Origin: Octopus vulgaris
Taxonomy: Eukaryota
NCBI GenBank assembly: GCA_951406725.2
Contig: OX597814.1
Coordinates: 194,680,001-194,744,000, forward strand
DNA length: 64,000 nucleotides
Direction: 5' to 3'
Shown: positions 47,301 to 60,500 of the stretch, one piece after another
How the letters are laid out: every line of letters starts with the position of its first letter
Numbering within the stretch: position 1 is the first letter of the stretch
Notes under the pieces: model-generated
The model's input: the letters and a program-made list of their open reading frames with translations, nothing else
Told to the model about the DNA's origin: nothing
Databases searched by the model: none
Program-made: the position numbers and the translations under genes

Positions 47301-50300
47301 TGTGGAAGGGATAAACTTATAGTAGTCGGGACCTTAATGAGGAATAAATAGAAGAATGATAGGGAAATACTGAATCCAAATATGAAAGATAAACTTTCAA
47401 AGCAGCTAATCAATCACCCCCCCCACACACACACTCACTCACTCACACACATACACTCACTTACACACACTCACTCACACATACACTCACTCACACACAT
47501 ACACTCACTCACACACATACACTCACTCACACACACACTCACTCACACACATACACTCACACACATACACTCGCTCACACACATACACTCGCTCACACAC
47601 ATACACTCGCTCACACACACTCACTCGCTCACACACACTCACTCGCACACATACACTCGCTCACACACATACACTCGCTCACACACATACACTCGCTCAC
47701 ACACACTCACTCGCTCACACACACTCACTCGCTCACACACACTCACTCGCTCACTCACATACACTCACACACATACACTCACACACATACACTCACACAC
47801 ATACACTCACACACATACACTCACATACACTCACACACATACACTCACACACATACACTCACTAACTCACTCACTCACATACACACACGATCTTATAAAA
47901 ACACATGCTCTGAGAAGAAAGAGTAAACCAGAACTTACTCCAATAATCAGGTTCCTTCAAACGGTAGAACAGCTGAAAAGCAAAATTAGAAAAGTATATT
48001 TAATTTCAATTCTGAATCAATGGAATATCTTCTGATTTTTTGTGAATAGATTATTAATAGACGACTTGTAGAGCCATGTGTAATTTGAATGTAAAAACAT
48101 TGATAAGTGTCTGAGTGAAATGTATGTAGGTTACTCAGGGCCGGATTAAGACCCATAGAGGCCCTAATATTTTGGTGCCCCCATCATCATCATCGTTTAA
48201 CGTCCGCTTTCCATGCTAGCGTGGGTTGGATGGTTCGACCGGGGTCTGGGAAGCCAGGAGGCTGCACCAGGCTCCAGTCTGATCTGGCAGTGTTTCTACA
48301 GCTGGATGCCCATCGTAATGCCAACCACTCCGTTAGTGTAGTGGGTGCTTTTACGTGTCATCGGCACGAGGGCCAGTCTGGCGGTACTGGCAACGGCCAC
48401 GCTCAAATGGTGTTTTTTACGTGCCACCTGCACAGGAGTCAGTCCAGCGGCAATGTTTTGTTCACGTGCCACTGGCACAAGTGCTAGTAAAGCGACGCTG
48501 GTAACGATCACGCTCAAATGGTGCTCTTTACATGCCACCGGCACGGAAGCCAGACAGCTGCTCTGGCAGTGATGAGGTAATATATTCATAAGTTTGCAAT
48601 AATTAAATTAAGGAAAAATTAATTTCTGTATTCCATACATTTTAACCCTTTACTATAGAAATCAAAATATATCAACTCAAAATTTCATTTCCTTGTGCAG
48701 AAAGCAAGTTATCTTTTGTTGAGGAATATTATGCTTGAAGCTATTTTGTGTTGAGATATCTCAAGCTTATGGAGGACACAAGACTTGCAGAAATAAAAAC
48801 AATTCTACTTTTTTGGTAAATATTTAACAGTATTGCTGGAATAACTATGAAATTTAATTTTGCAGTTAGAGAGTTAAGAAAAATACTCACCTTTAACGAC
48901 TGTAATTGCTTTAATGTAAGATTTTTGATTAACATCTTTGTATGGTTGTCAAACAAAGTCATTGGGTCTTTCTGGAAATGAAATAAAATAAAGATGATAT
49001 ACTGATGAAGTTTAAAATGGTTGGATATTAATTTGTGCAGATATCTATGGAAAAAGAAAAGCGTTATTATAATCATCATCATCTTCATGATTATTGTTTT
49101 AACGTCCACTTTTCCATGCTTGTCTAGGTCACTCAGAATTTGTTGAGGTAAATTTTCTATGACCAGAAGTCCTTCCTGTTGCCAACTTTCACCTGTTTCC
49201 AAATAAGGTAATATTTCCCCATGGCCAGACATGCTTTCACAAGAAAAAAGAAAAAAACATATATGTGTGTGTGTGTACGTCCTTAGAGTTTACTACCCCA
49301 CATGGCAACTGATATTGGTATATTTATGTCCCCATTAATATACCAACACCACATTATAAAGGGCATCCAGCTGAAGGAAAGCTATGTGCAGCTCCTATCA
49401 AACCATGCCAGAAAGGAAAGTGGATGTTAAATGAAGACATGACTTAGTGGATCAGCAAAAGGGACTGACAGAATAACAACCAGATTTTTTTTAAAAAGTG
49501 CTTGGGTCGATTTATTTCACGGAAACCTTCAAGGAGGTGCCCCAGCATGGCCACAGTCTGATGACTGAAACACGTAAAATGTTAAAACATTATACATATT
49601 CTTTTCTACTCAAGGCACAAGGCCCGAAATTTGGGGGGGGAGGACCAGTCAATTATATCGCACAACTGGTACTTAATTTATCGACCCCAAAATGATGAAA
49701 GGCAAAGTCGACCTCAGCAGAATTTGAACTCAGAACATAAAGACAGGCAAAATACCTATTTCTTTACTACCCAGAGGGACTAAACATAGAGGGGACAAAC
49801 AAGGACAGACAAGCAGATTAAGTTGATTATATCGACCCCAGTGCATAACTGGTAATTAATTTATCGACCCCGAAAGGATGAAAGGCAAAGTCGACCTTGG
49901 CGGAATTTAAATTCTGAACGTAACGGTAGACGAAATACCGCTAAGCATTTCGCCCGGCGTGCTAACGATTCTGCCAGCTCACCGCCTTTAAAACGTTATA
50001 AACATTGTGAATGTTTAGAATTGTTAGTTTTTACATCTATTTTTCTATACTAGCATCCATCAGATATTTGTAAGAATTTGTACAAAAGTTGTCGCAATTG
50101 TTTTAAGCTGTGTGGAAGTTTTAAAACGAAATCTTACCTGTTCCATAGCAATATCAATATAAAAGTCATGGTAAATCACAGGTACATGATCCTTTGTTAA
50201 ATGTACATCCATTTCAACAAAATCAGCACCCTAGTCAAGAGAGATGGAAAAATTAAAAATTGATAATTCCCAAAAGAATATGTTGCAGATTACAAAGAAG

Positions 50301-51502
50301 TACATATTAGAAACACGCAGCGTAGCCTTGTGACTATTTAGCGTAAGGGAGATAATCTTTTCTAGGTAATATTTGGGGGGATTAGATGTTAGAATTTTAA
50401 ATTAAGGAACAAGAAAGATGATGTATAGAATATATATACACACACACACATATATAAACACACACACGCACATATATATATAAACACACATATATATAAA
50501 GACACATATATAAACACACACACACAAGTAGAAGGTGTATTTTGAGCATTTATAGAACACAGTCCTATATAAAGTCAACAAACAATTAAAGATGGAGAAG
50601 AGAAGATGTTAAAAGTTTGATAACATTTTAATCCATGCATACGATTGTTTCAAATGGTAACAACAACATGTAGGAAACATGGAAGAGATTAAATTAATTG
50701 TAATTAAATTATATATTACCATTCTCGTCAGTGCAAAAAAAATGAAGGAAACACCAGAAAAGTTGTAATTCTTCTGTTACAACTTTCCAGACGTTAAGAA
50801 GCTTGCTTTGCAATATCATGGCTTTGGGTTCAGTTCTACTGTAGGGAACCTAGGGCAAGTGTCTTCTACTACCATAAGGGTGACCAATGCCTTGTGAGTG
50901 AATTTGGTAGATATAAACTTTGTGGAAACCTATCATGTGTGTGTGTGTGTGTATGGGTGTGTATGTGTATGGGTGTGTGTGTGTGTATGTATGTGTGTTT
51001 CCCCACCCACTTCTTGACAATTGGTGTTGGTTTGTTTACATTCCCATAACAGTTTGGCAAGAGATAAATTGAATAAATGCCAGTGTTTAAAAAAAAACAT
51101 AAATGCTGGGGTTGAGCTGTTTGACTAAAACCCTTAAAGGTATTGCCCCAGCATGGCCACAGTCTAATGACTAAAACAAGTGGAAAGTGAAAAAGAAAAG
51201 GAAAAGAACACAATGGTGATTTGTACAGAATTGCCATTCTGATGAAAGGATAAAATCTAATCTATAATACTTACATAGTGACCAGCAGCACAAAATGAAG
51301 CTATGGTGTTCTCCATCACAGAATTTCTAGAATAAAAGGAAAATTGAGACATTAAATTTCTAGTCAAAAGTAACACCACATCTCTTTTATGCATTCTGTC
51401 TACATTTTGACAGAATTGATACTTTGAGGAGAAAAAGGATTAAATACAAAATAGCTACTATCAATTTCTTAAAAAATTTTTTTTATTATTATTATTATTA
51501 TA

Positions 51503-51556
<54 letters not shown>

Positions 51557-54500
51557 CCAGTGAGTGTAGGATCTCTAGGAATGATAAAAAAAGGTACTGA
51601 AACCTATTTGAAAATGATTCCAGGCTTACCATCCCTACAGGAAGTGCAAAAAATCGTGTTAACTGGAACAGCATTATTGCTGTGAAGACAACATCCATTC
51701 ATGAATTTATTTATTTATTCATTTTTTAAATACATATTTTATCTGTGAATTTGCGTGTGTAATCTGGGAATGCATACAATGAGCTTCTCTGCCCTAGGTG
51801 TATGAAAAACACTCGGCGAGAAACGAAAGAAAATTTGAAGAAAGAAGGAAAAATAATAATAATAATGAAATTATTGTATACATTGCTCAGCTGCACCACA
51901 ACTTATCAAAAGTGCGTATAAAGCATATGCAGTAATGTACAAATGTCTGGGAAGTGAACAGTGTATGAGTCAGATACGTGCTTGCATGTGTATGGAGGGG
52001 AGAAAATCAGGCAGCATGGAAGTTTTGAAGGATGCAGTGCTCCGACAACTAACAACTGATGCTGGCAGTTTGTTCCATGCTTCGGCAACCCTTAGCATGA
52101 AAAAATGTTTCCGAAAGTCATGGGAGCTGTGCTGTTTTCTGACTTTGTAAACATGTCCACAGGCGTCTAACACCCGTGGACATGAAAGCATCCATTGTAA
52201 ATACCAGAATCACATTTGACCCTTTGATATTTAAACTGACCATATCAGTCCCAAATAATCTACCTGTTTTATGTTTAAACTAGACACATCTGGTCTACAG
52301 TGTCATTTTAAAAATAAACACTCGCTTCATTGAAATCTTAAAACTATAAAATAATGCATTCGATGACGGGCACCCATGCTAAGGGGGTGGAAAGAGCATC
52401 ATACGAGCATGATAATTGACAGAGCGGCTAACCGGCTTCTATGCCAGAGGCACATAAAAGGCACCATTCGAGTGTGATCGTTACCAGCATCGCCTTACTG
52501 GTACTTTTGCCCCATGCTAGTAGTTTACTGAGAGCACCATCTGAGCGTGATCATTGCCAGAGCGGCCAACTGGCTTTCATGCCGGTAGCATTTAAAAGGC
52601 ACCAATTGAGTGGGATCGTTACCAGCATCGCCTTACTAGACCTGTACCGGTGGCATGTGTAAACAAATTCTAGCGAGGTCATTGCCAGTACCGCCTGACT
52701 GGCCCTGTGCCCATGGCACATAAAAGCACTCACTACACTCTGAAACAAAGTAAAAGAATGGTGTTCCAGCATGGCTGTAGTTTAATGACTGAAACCAGCA
52801 AATGATAAAAATGTCAAATAGAGGGATTCATTATGAGCAAAGATCAACTTACAGAAGTGTAAAAGAAGAACCCATTCCTCGATGACCAATATGTAACGGA
52901 TCTTTCTGATGCTGCAATTGTTTTTGATAAGAGAAATCAAGAGAACAGTGGTGTCCTTGAAGAGGTTTTGTAATGCAATATTTCACTGAAAAATAAATAA
53001 CAGATCAGTTTAAGAAGCAAGAAAGTCCAATAAAAAAAAAAACACAACAGCAGCAATTGGAGGCGCAATGGCCCAATGGTTAGGGTAGCGAACTCGCAGT
53101 CAGAGGATCGCGGGTTCAATTCCCAGACTGGGCGTTGTGTGTGTTTATTGAACGAAAACACCTAAAGCTCCACAAGGCTCCGACAGGGGGTGGTGGCGAC
53201 CCCTGTTGTACTCTTTCGCCCCAACTTTCTCTCACTCTTTCTTCCTGTTTCTTGTCCCCGACTTCCTACGCAACTGCTGAACCTGGATGTGCATTCATCC
53301 ATCCGTCGATGGTCTCGGTGTCGGGGGTTGACCTGCTTCCTCTTCTGCGGGTCTTACAAATAGCAAAGGACCACATTATGGACTTCTCCCACTACAGAGG
53401 CGCGATTTTGCGAGCTCTGGGATGAAGACCGCTTCGCTCAACAGCAACAGCAGCGTCGCAGCCACCGCCACCAAATATTTTGCTCGATACCACAAATTTG
53501 CCTGTCAGTTGTTTGACCTTATCCAGATGAGCATGTCCCTTAGTGGCTTACAATATGTGCATGTCTGATCCCAAGCAGAAGTAGTGGAGGAGCATCATAG
53601 TAACATGTTGAGAGGAATTCTTTGGGGTTTGAATAATTCACCTCTGGAAACCTGGGTGTTTCATTCAACATCCTTAAACTACCCTTATTCAGGGACCTTT
53701 TGAGTGGGATGGACAACTTGACCTGAAGAAAAATCTAACTGGACCTCACCTACAAGGTCATGCGTTGTTTACCTTGATATGAGATCACTATGTCATGCAC
53801 ATATGGTTGTGATGCATGTGCCTAGTGTACCCTTATCAGACAGGGAGCCATGATGGGTATACTGGGCTTCGTATATTTGTACCCCAGCACCACTCTGATG
53901 GTATGTGCTGCTCTTTCAGTGAATAATAATAATAATGATAATCCTTTCTACTATAGGCATAAGGACTGAAATTTCGGGGGAGGGGACTAGTTGATTACAT
54001 CATCGACCCCAGTGAATCTCTGTTACTTAATTTATCGACCCTGAAAGGATGAAAGGCAAAATCAACCATAGCAGGATTTGAACTCTGAACGTAAAGATGG
54101 GAGAAATCAGCATGGAAGACAAACATTAAATGATGATGATGATGGTGGTGGTAATGGTAATGGTGTGTGTGTGTGAGCACACGCATGTGTATGTCTTTAT
54201 GGATATGTGTGCATAGGCATAAAGGCTGCGAGCTGGCAGAAACGTTAGCACGCCGGGCAAAATGCGTAGCCGTATTTCGTCTGTCATTACGTTCTGAGTT
54301 CAAATTCCGCCGAGGTCGACTTTGCCTTTCATCCTTTTGGGGTTGGTAAATTAAGTACCAGTTACGCACTGGGGTCGATATAATCGACTTAATCTGTTTG
54401 TCTGTCCTTGTTTGTCCCCTCTGTGTTTAACCCCTTGTGGGTAGTAAACAAACAGTGTGTGCATAGGCATGTATGTGCCCTTGCCTTGGTATCATGAGAT

Positions 54501-57500
54501 GGTTGTAAAAAAGTATTATTCTCATACAAGCTATGTTGTATGCTTCTAGTTTTCGATGGGAAACTATGTCTGGCCACAGAGTGAAAACACGTGGTTTAGT
54601 TGTTAAGGTGTTCAGTTCATGATTGTGAGGTTGTGAGTTTGATTCCCGTTGACACATTGTGTCCATGAGCCAGACACTTTATTTCACATTGTTCCAGGCC
54701 ACACACATGGTACAAATGAGTTGAATCTATAATTCAAAGGGGCCAACTTTGTCACATTCTGTGTCACCCCAAAATCTCCCAGAGAGCTGCATTAAGGGTA
54801 CATGTGTCTGTGGAGTGCTCAGCCACTCGCATGTTTAACCCTTTAGTGTTCAGATTATTCTATCAAACATAATGCTTATTGATTCCCATTGATTTGAATT
54901 GATCATGCATTATCTCATATCTTCACGATCTTGATAGTGTAATTACTTAATGTAGAATAACATTGTAGGGTAGGTGCAAGGGCCTGGATCTGGTCAGTTT
55001 GAACATAAACAGGTTAAATATTTTGGCCAGATATGGCTGGTTTAAATACTAAAGGGTTAATTTCACAAGCAGGCTGTTCCGTTGATTGCATCAACTGGAA
55101 CCCTCATTGTCATAGCCCACTGAATGCCAGTCTGGCAATAGGAAATATCACATTGCTAAGAAACAAGTGAGGGTAGGCCACAAGAAGGACATTTGGGGGA
55201 TCTTTTCGGTTTGACCGCAGTTTTTTAAAATAATTTCCATGTAACTAAACACTTTTAAACTTCGTATACTGGTAGAATGTGTTTATAAAACATCTTTTTC
55301 TCTAGGCTTTATTGAGAAAATTCTATAGTTTGTAAGATATTTGTTGTTTTTTTTCTTCAATTTCTGCAATTTCAACCAATCACTGACGTCCATTGAGGTA
55401 AACAACATTCTGTGCTGTATGAATATGCCCCTCGTTTAAGAAGCAGATTGGGTTTATTTACATTTCTGAAGAAAAAAAGATACCCTTCACCCTAACCCTA
55501 AAAGAGATTGAAATGCAATAGATCGATACTAGGGTCATAATTATGGGTGACAATTTCATATGACACCGCTAGAAAAAACTGCCGTTCAAACCAAAAAGAT
55601 CCCATTTGAGTGTAGAAAATCTGCCACAATAATTTATGTTTGACCCATGCAAGCATGAAAAAAATGGATATTAGATGATGATGATGAATAATGGAGAAAT
55701 ATTAAGCACTGAGATATCAGTTACAACAAACTACTCACCTTTTATTTCTCCAGCGATTTTTTGATCAAGTGTTGAAATATAAGTCGTTGCTGTACCCAAA
55801 GAATCCTTTAGAATTGATGGAAGGATATAGCTATACCCAATATGGGTAGGTCCATTTGTTAATGGATTATTTTCTACAGATGTATGACACCCATAGAAGT
55901 CCAAACGGAAGCCCTTCAATTGAGAAACAATAACAAGGATTATTTTGTTTTGCCTTGTTTTGAGTTAAATAACTAACTGTAGTCATGCAAACAATTAAAC
56001 ATCTATACTATAATAAAGAAAGCTGCTTATTCATTAGTTTGGAGTATGTAACTTTTATTCTAAAAAAAAGCAAATATTAAAGTCTGCATTATCTAGAAAA
56101 TTCCAATAAATTGCAATTTTAAAATATTTTTATTAAAATATTTCGAAGACTTATCAAGCCAAGTAAAGTTGAAATCATGGCAGATACCAGTGTCACACAA
56201 ATGGCACCTGTGCTAGTGGCATGTAAAAGCACCTTTCAAGTATTGGGCCTCAGGGAGGCAAGTACCAAGACCATTTGGCATTAGGCCAGGCTTCGAGTGT
56301 TGGGCCTCATGGAGACAATGACCGAATCCATTGGCATTATACTGTGCTTGAGAAGAAAACCCATCAAGCCAAATAAAACCATAGTCATGGCAGATACCAG
56401 TGTTACGCAAATGACACTCGCGTTGGTGGTACATAACAGCACCCATTACACTCTCGGAGTGGTTGGTGTTAGGAAGAGCATCCAGCCATAGAAAACCATG
56501 CCAAAACAGACTGGAGACTGGTGCAGCCTTCTAGCTTGCCAGCTCCGGTCAGACCATCCAACCCATGCCAACATAGACAACGTTAAATAATGATGATGAT
56601 GTGTGTCCTTTTTAAAAATTGTAGTATATGATCTAAGGGAGATTTAGTTACTTTTTCTAACAGAGTAAGTGACTGAGTAGAAGTTCAATCAACAAGCTCT
56701 GAGACAATAAGATTTGAGGAAAATTTAGTTACTATATTGAGCAGATTGAGTGACTTAGTAGACATTTGCCTGCACACGTGCGCATGCGTGTAATTCTTTA
56801 TGGGAATGGGTAATTTCAAAGTAAATAAAGCTAAAAATAATAGTGTGTAAATATTCGGTTAAAAACAATAGTGTCAGGCTAATACATTCCATGTGTACAT
56901 CCTTTTGAAATTTGCTTTGTTATTTTTTATTTTCGATTTGCCTATATATATATTGAGATAGAAGAATGAATACTAAGCAGATATGCTTGTCAATAATAAT
57001 CTGTCAAATAAAATATGTTACAACTGAACTTACAATCTTTGAAGAGTCTAAAACTTGGCTCTTGAAGGTCAAAACAGAATCTGGTTCGTAGACACAGCCA
57101 AAATTACTCTGTTTGGTTGACTGATAATTTTCTTCAGTAAGAACCTATGGGAAATGTGAGAATTTGATTTTTATTAAAAATAGCAACAAACAAGAACATT
57201 TGTAGTGTATTACGGGTAATCATCAAAGGGGTAGGGTGCTGGTGTTTAGGGTTCTAGAGAAACATACCCATGCAATATGAACTCAAATAATGGTTTCAAA
57301 TTTTGGCACAAGGCCAGTAATTCTGTAGGGAGGGGTTAAGTTGATTACATCGACCCCAGTATTCAACTGGTACTTATTTTATCAACTCTAAAAAAATGAA
57401 AGGCAAAGTCCACCTTGGTGAAATTTGAACTTAGAATGTAAAGATGGATGAACTGCTGCTAAACATTTCACCTGGGTTGCTAACGATTCTGCCTTTATGA

Positions 57501-60500
57501 ATACAAACATGTAACCTGTTTATACTCCATTGACTGAATGATGGCAAAAGTTATAGAAATCACCATTTAAACCACTCCCTTTAACCCTTAATGCATAGCA
57601 ACCAAGTATATTTGGTTTCCATACATGTGTATTTCAGATTCAGAGACAGAATTAACCTGTCTTTGATAGTGAGGTACTTTCTGAAATTCTCCACATTTCC
57701 TATGATGTAGTACACACATTTTATTTTTACTGGTCAAGAGAAAGAGGTTATGAAAACCAATTTACATTTAATTTCTACATGCTTGTACGCAAAAATTTAA
57801 TTGGTACAACAAGGGATAAAACAAGTCAATGAATTTATAAATTTTCCAACCCCTAATATGACTATTAAATTATTACTAAAAAGGGAACAGAAGTCAGTGA
57901 ATGAGAGCATGGAGAAGGTATTCTGGTAGGATGTAGCTTGGGTGAAGAAAAAAATTAATTTGGATCCAGAAGTTGAGAGCAAAGATATTCCAAGAAAGAC
58001 TACGAGAAGTGATTGGTGATTAACACAGGTAAAATAAAAGATAAATTAGAAAAACATACAACTAGAAACTAGTGTTGGAGATGACACACAAGAAGAGAGT
58101 TATTTTTGTTTTATCTTTAGTTATTTATGTGTGTGTGTATCTTTTTTTTTTTATATTTTCTTCCTTCTCGAGCCATGCCTGGCTCATAAGGGCTGGTTTT
58201 CCGGTTTCCTTGGCGTATAGGTTCCCCACCTGACCGAGAGTCAGCAGAAGTTCACCATTACCTCCTGCTGGAGCCGTATGGAGCTTAGGTGTTTCGCTTA
58301 TAAACACACACATCGCCCGGTCTGAGATCCGAACCTGCGACACCCCCAACCGCGAGTCCACTGCTCTAACCACTAGGCCATGTGCTTCCACATGTGTGTG
58401 TGTGTAAATTACACAAATTAAAGAAAAGCACACTTCAGACACATCACAGAGTTGAAATATTTATTAACAGCTCAACTTAAAAGAGCTTTACTTGAAGTTT
58501 CACAGACGCACAAAAAAAAGTGATTATCAAAACACTCAAGTCTTGGATGTGTGGTTAAGAAATTCCCCTTGCAACCATGTGGTTTTAGTTTCAAGTCTAC
58601 TGTGAGACACTTGGGGAAAATATTTTCTACTACAACCTTGAATTCACCAAAGCCTTGTGAATGAAATTTGCTGGATGAAAACAATACAGAATCCTGCTGC
58701 ATCTGTGTGTGTGTGTGTGTGTGTGCATGCATGTGTGTATTTGTGTGTGTACATGCATGTTTTCACATTGAAACCATTTGGTGGTCTAATGTGCAAAACC
58801 CCAAGGAATAAAGTACATTACATGAAAAGAAGTAAAAATTGGTCAGGGAAAGGACATCCTACCATAGAATATCGCTTCATGAAGTCTCATCCAACCCATA
58901 CTAGCTTGGAAAAATGTGAACATTAAAATGACTATGAGATATATGTGTGTGTATGTATAAAAATTGTTTTAAATTGTTACAATGAAAGCTGGAAATAAAG
59001 GAGTTAAAACAGATGTGAAGAAGACAAAAGAAACAGATTACAGTTTACCTTATATTTCAGTATTTCAGGATTAAAACCTCCTTGTCAAGAGAAGATGGAG
59101 AGAGGTGATAAGCTGATATCTCTTGCACAGATATGTGCAAAGGAGAGTTGCAACATTCACAGACCAATATCATTATAAAGCCAATCTGCTTTGTGCAATT
59201 TACACCATTGTTAATAGGTGGATTCAGTTTAGTAATGAGGATAGCCTCCTTAATCCTCAAATTACCAATGTTTCATTCTGTGCTCATGATGGTAACTGTG
59301 ATGTCTTGTGAGTGATATTTCTCAGCAAATTTATATATATATATGGAGAATTTAATGTTACATTTTGATACGACATCAAATGATTTTGGAAGCGCTGGAG
59401 TTGATGGAGATAATGGTGACACAACATAAAAATGCTTTCAGTAATGTTATATTTAACTATAGAAATTCAACATTAAAGAATTCAGTCAAAAGTTTTATAG
59501 GCCATCATGTTACTGAATGTATTGAATGGTGTAGAATAGGTACACCACATCTCCTGCATTTTGTAATAAGCAACATGAAGGGTATCTGGTTGTAGAGCTT
59601 TACTTCAGAAAAACATCTAATGCATGCTAGCGTGGAAAGCGAAAATAAAACACTGATGATATTTACATGTCTTCATGAATATCAATCCTTGTTTTAACAT
59701 CCATTTCTTTTCTCTATGTTGGCACAGATTGGAGAAATCTGGTGCACAGTGTATCATCACACTTTTTAATATTTTATCATCTCAGTTGTGAGGACCAGCG
59801 TCAATTTTGCATCCAGTACTTGTCAATCATTATTCATTAACATCAATCACAGCTGTCTTTTCTGTATATATCAGTTGTTATCTTTAATGCCCAGACACAC
59901 CCTCACTTCACTAGTTCTTCACAAATTAACATTATTCATCTTATAAAACATTACCCCATCATCCACAATTCGTATCTATTCAGCTTCCACACATCTATTG
60001 TGGTGTCTTACTACTGTATAGGTAACATAAAACTCCTTTCATTTGCTTTATGCAACTTGTCTTTCCTCATGGAGAGAGAAGCACTTTCTTGCCAACAGAT
60101 GGAGCAACTCTCTGAACTTCTTCCACATATTCCTTACTTTAATTATTATATTTCTGCAACACCCATCTAGAATGATCAGCACTCTATGTTCTTTTATATC
60201 TCATTTCTTGTATATGAGTTAGGCCTAACTCATCGTAAAGTTAATACCACCATGGCCGATATCCAAACTACAGCGGAGAAGGCTAGCCACTGGATTTGGT
60301 TAAAAAGAGACGATGAGCAATGGCTAGAAGAATATTGAGCTTTATTTGATAACCAGCTGATCTAGCAAGCGGGGCCTCATATCAGTGAGGGGGGGAGGCA
60401 GTGCGCATTGATGCCGTCGAGAGGTAGGCCCTGAAACAGTGCACATTCTCTCCTGATGACCCCATACACTTGCATGTGCAAGTCAGTTGCAAGATATCAT

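Noticed and set aside
47382-48035. 217-aa His/Thr-rich ORF (and YIYI/CVCV ORFs such as 33439-33900)
   Set aside because: Pure microsatellite translation
53059-53135. tRNA gene
   Set aside because: Box A/B present but no complete cloverleaf acceptor stem, and it continues into a repeat body shared by several copies, so it is a SINE head
60436-60462. Type II hammerhead from GAAAC...CTGATGA
   Set aside because: Stems I and III cannot be formed in the required register
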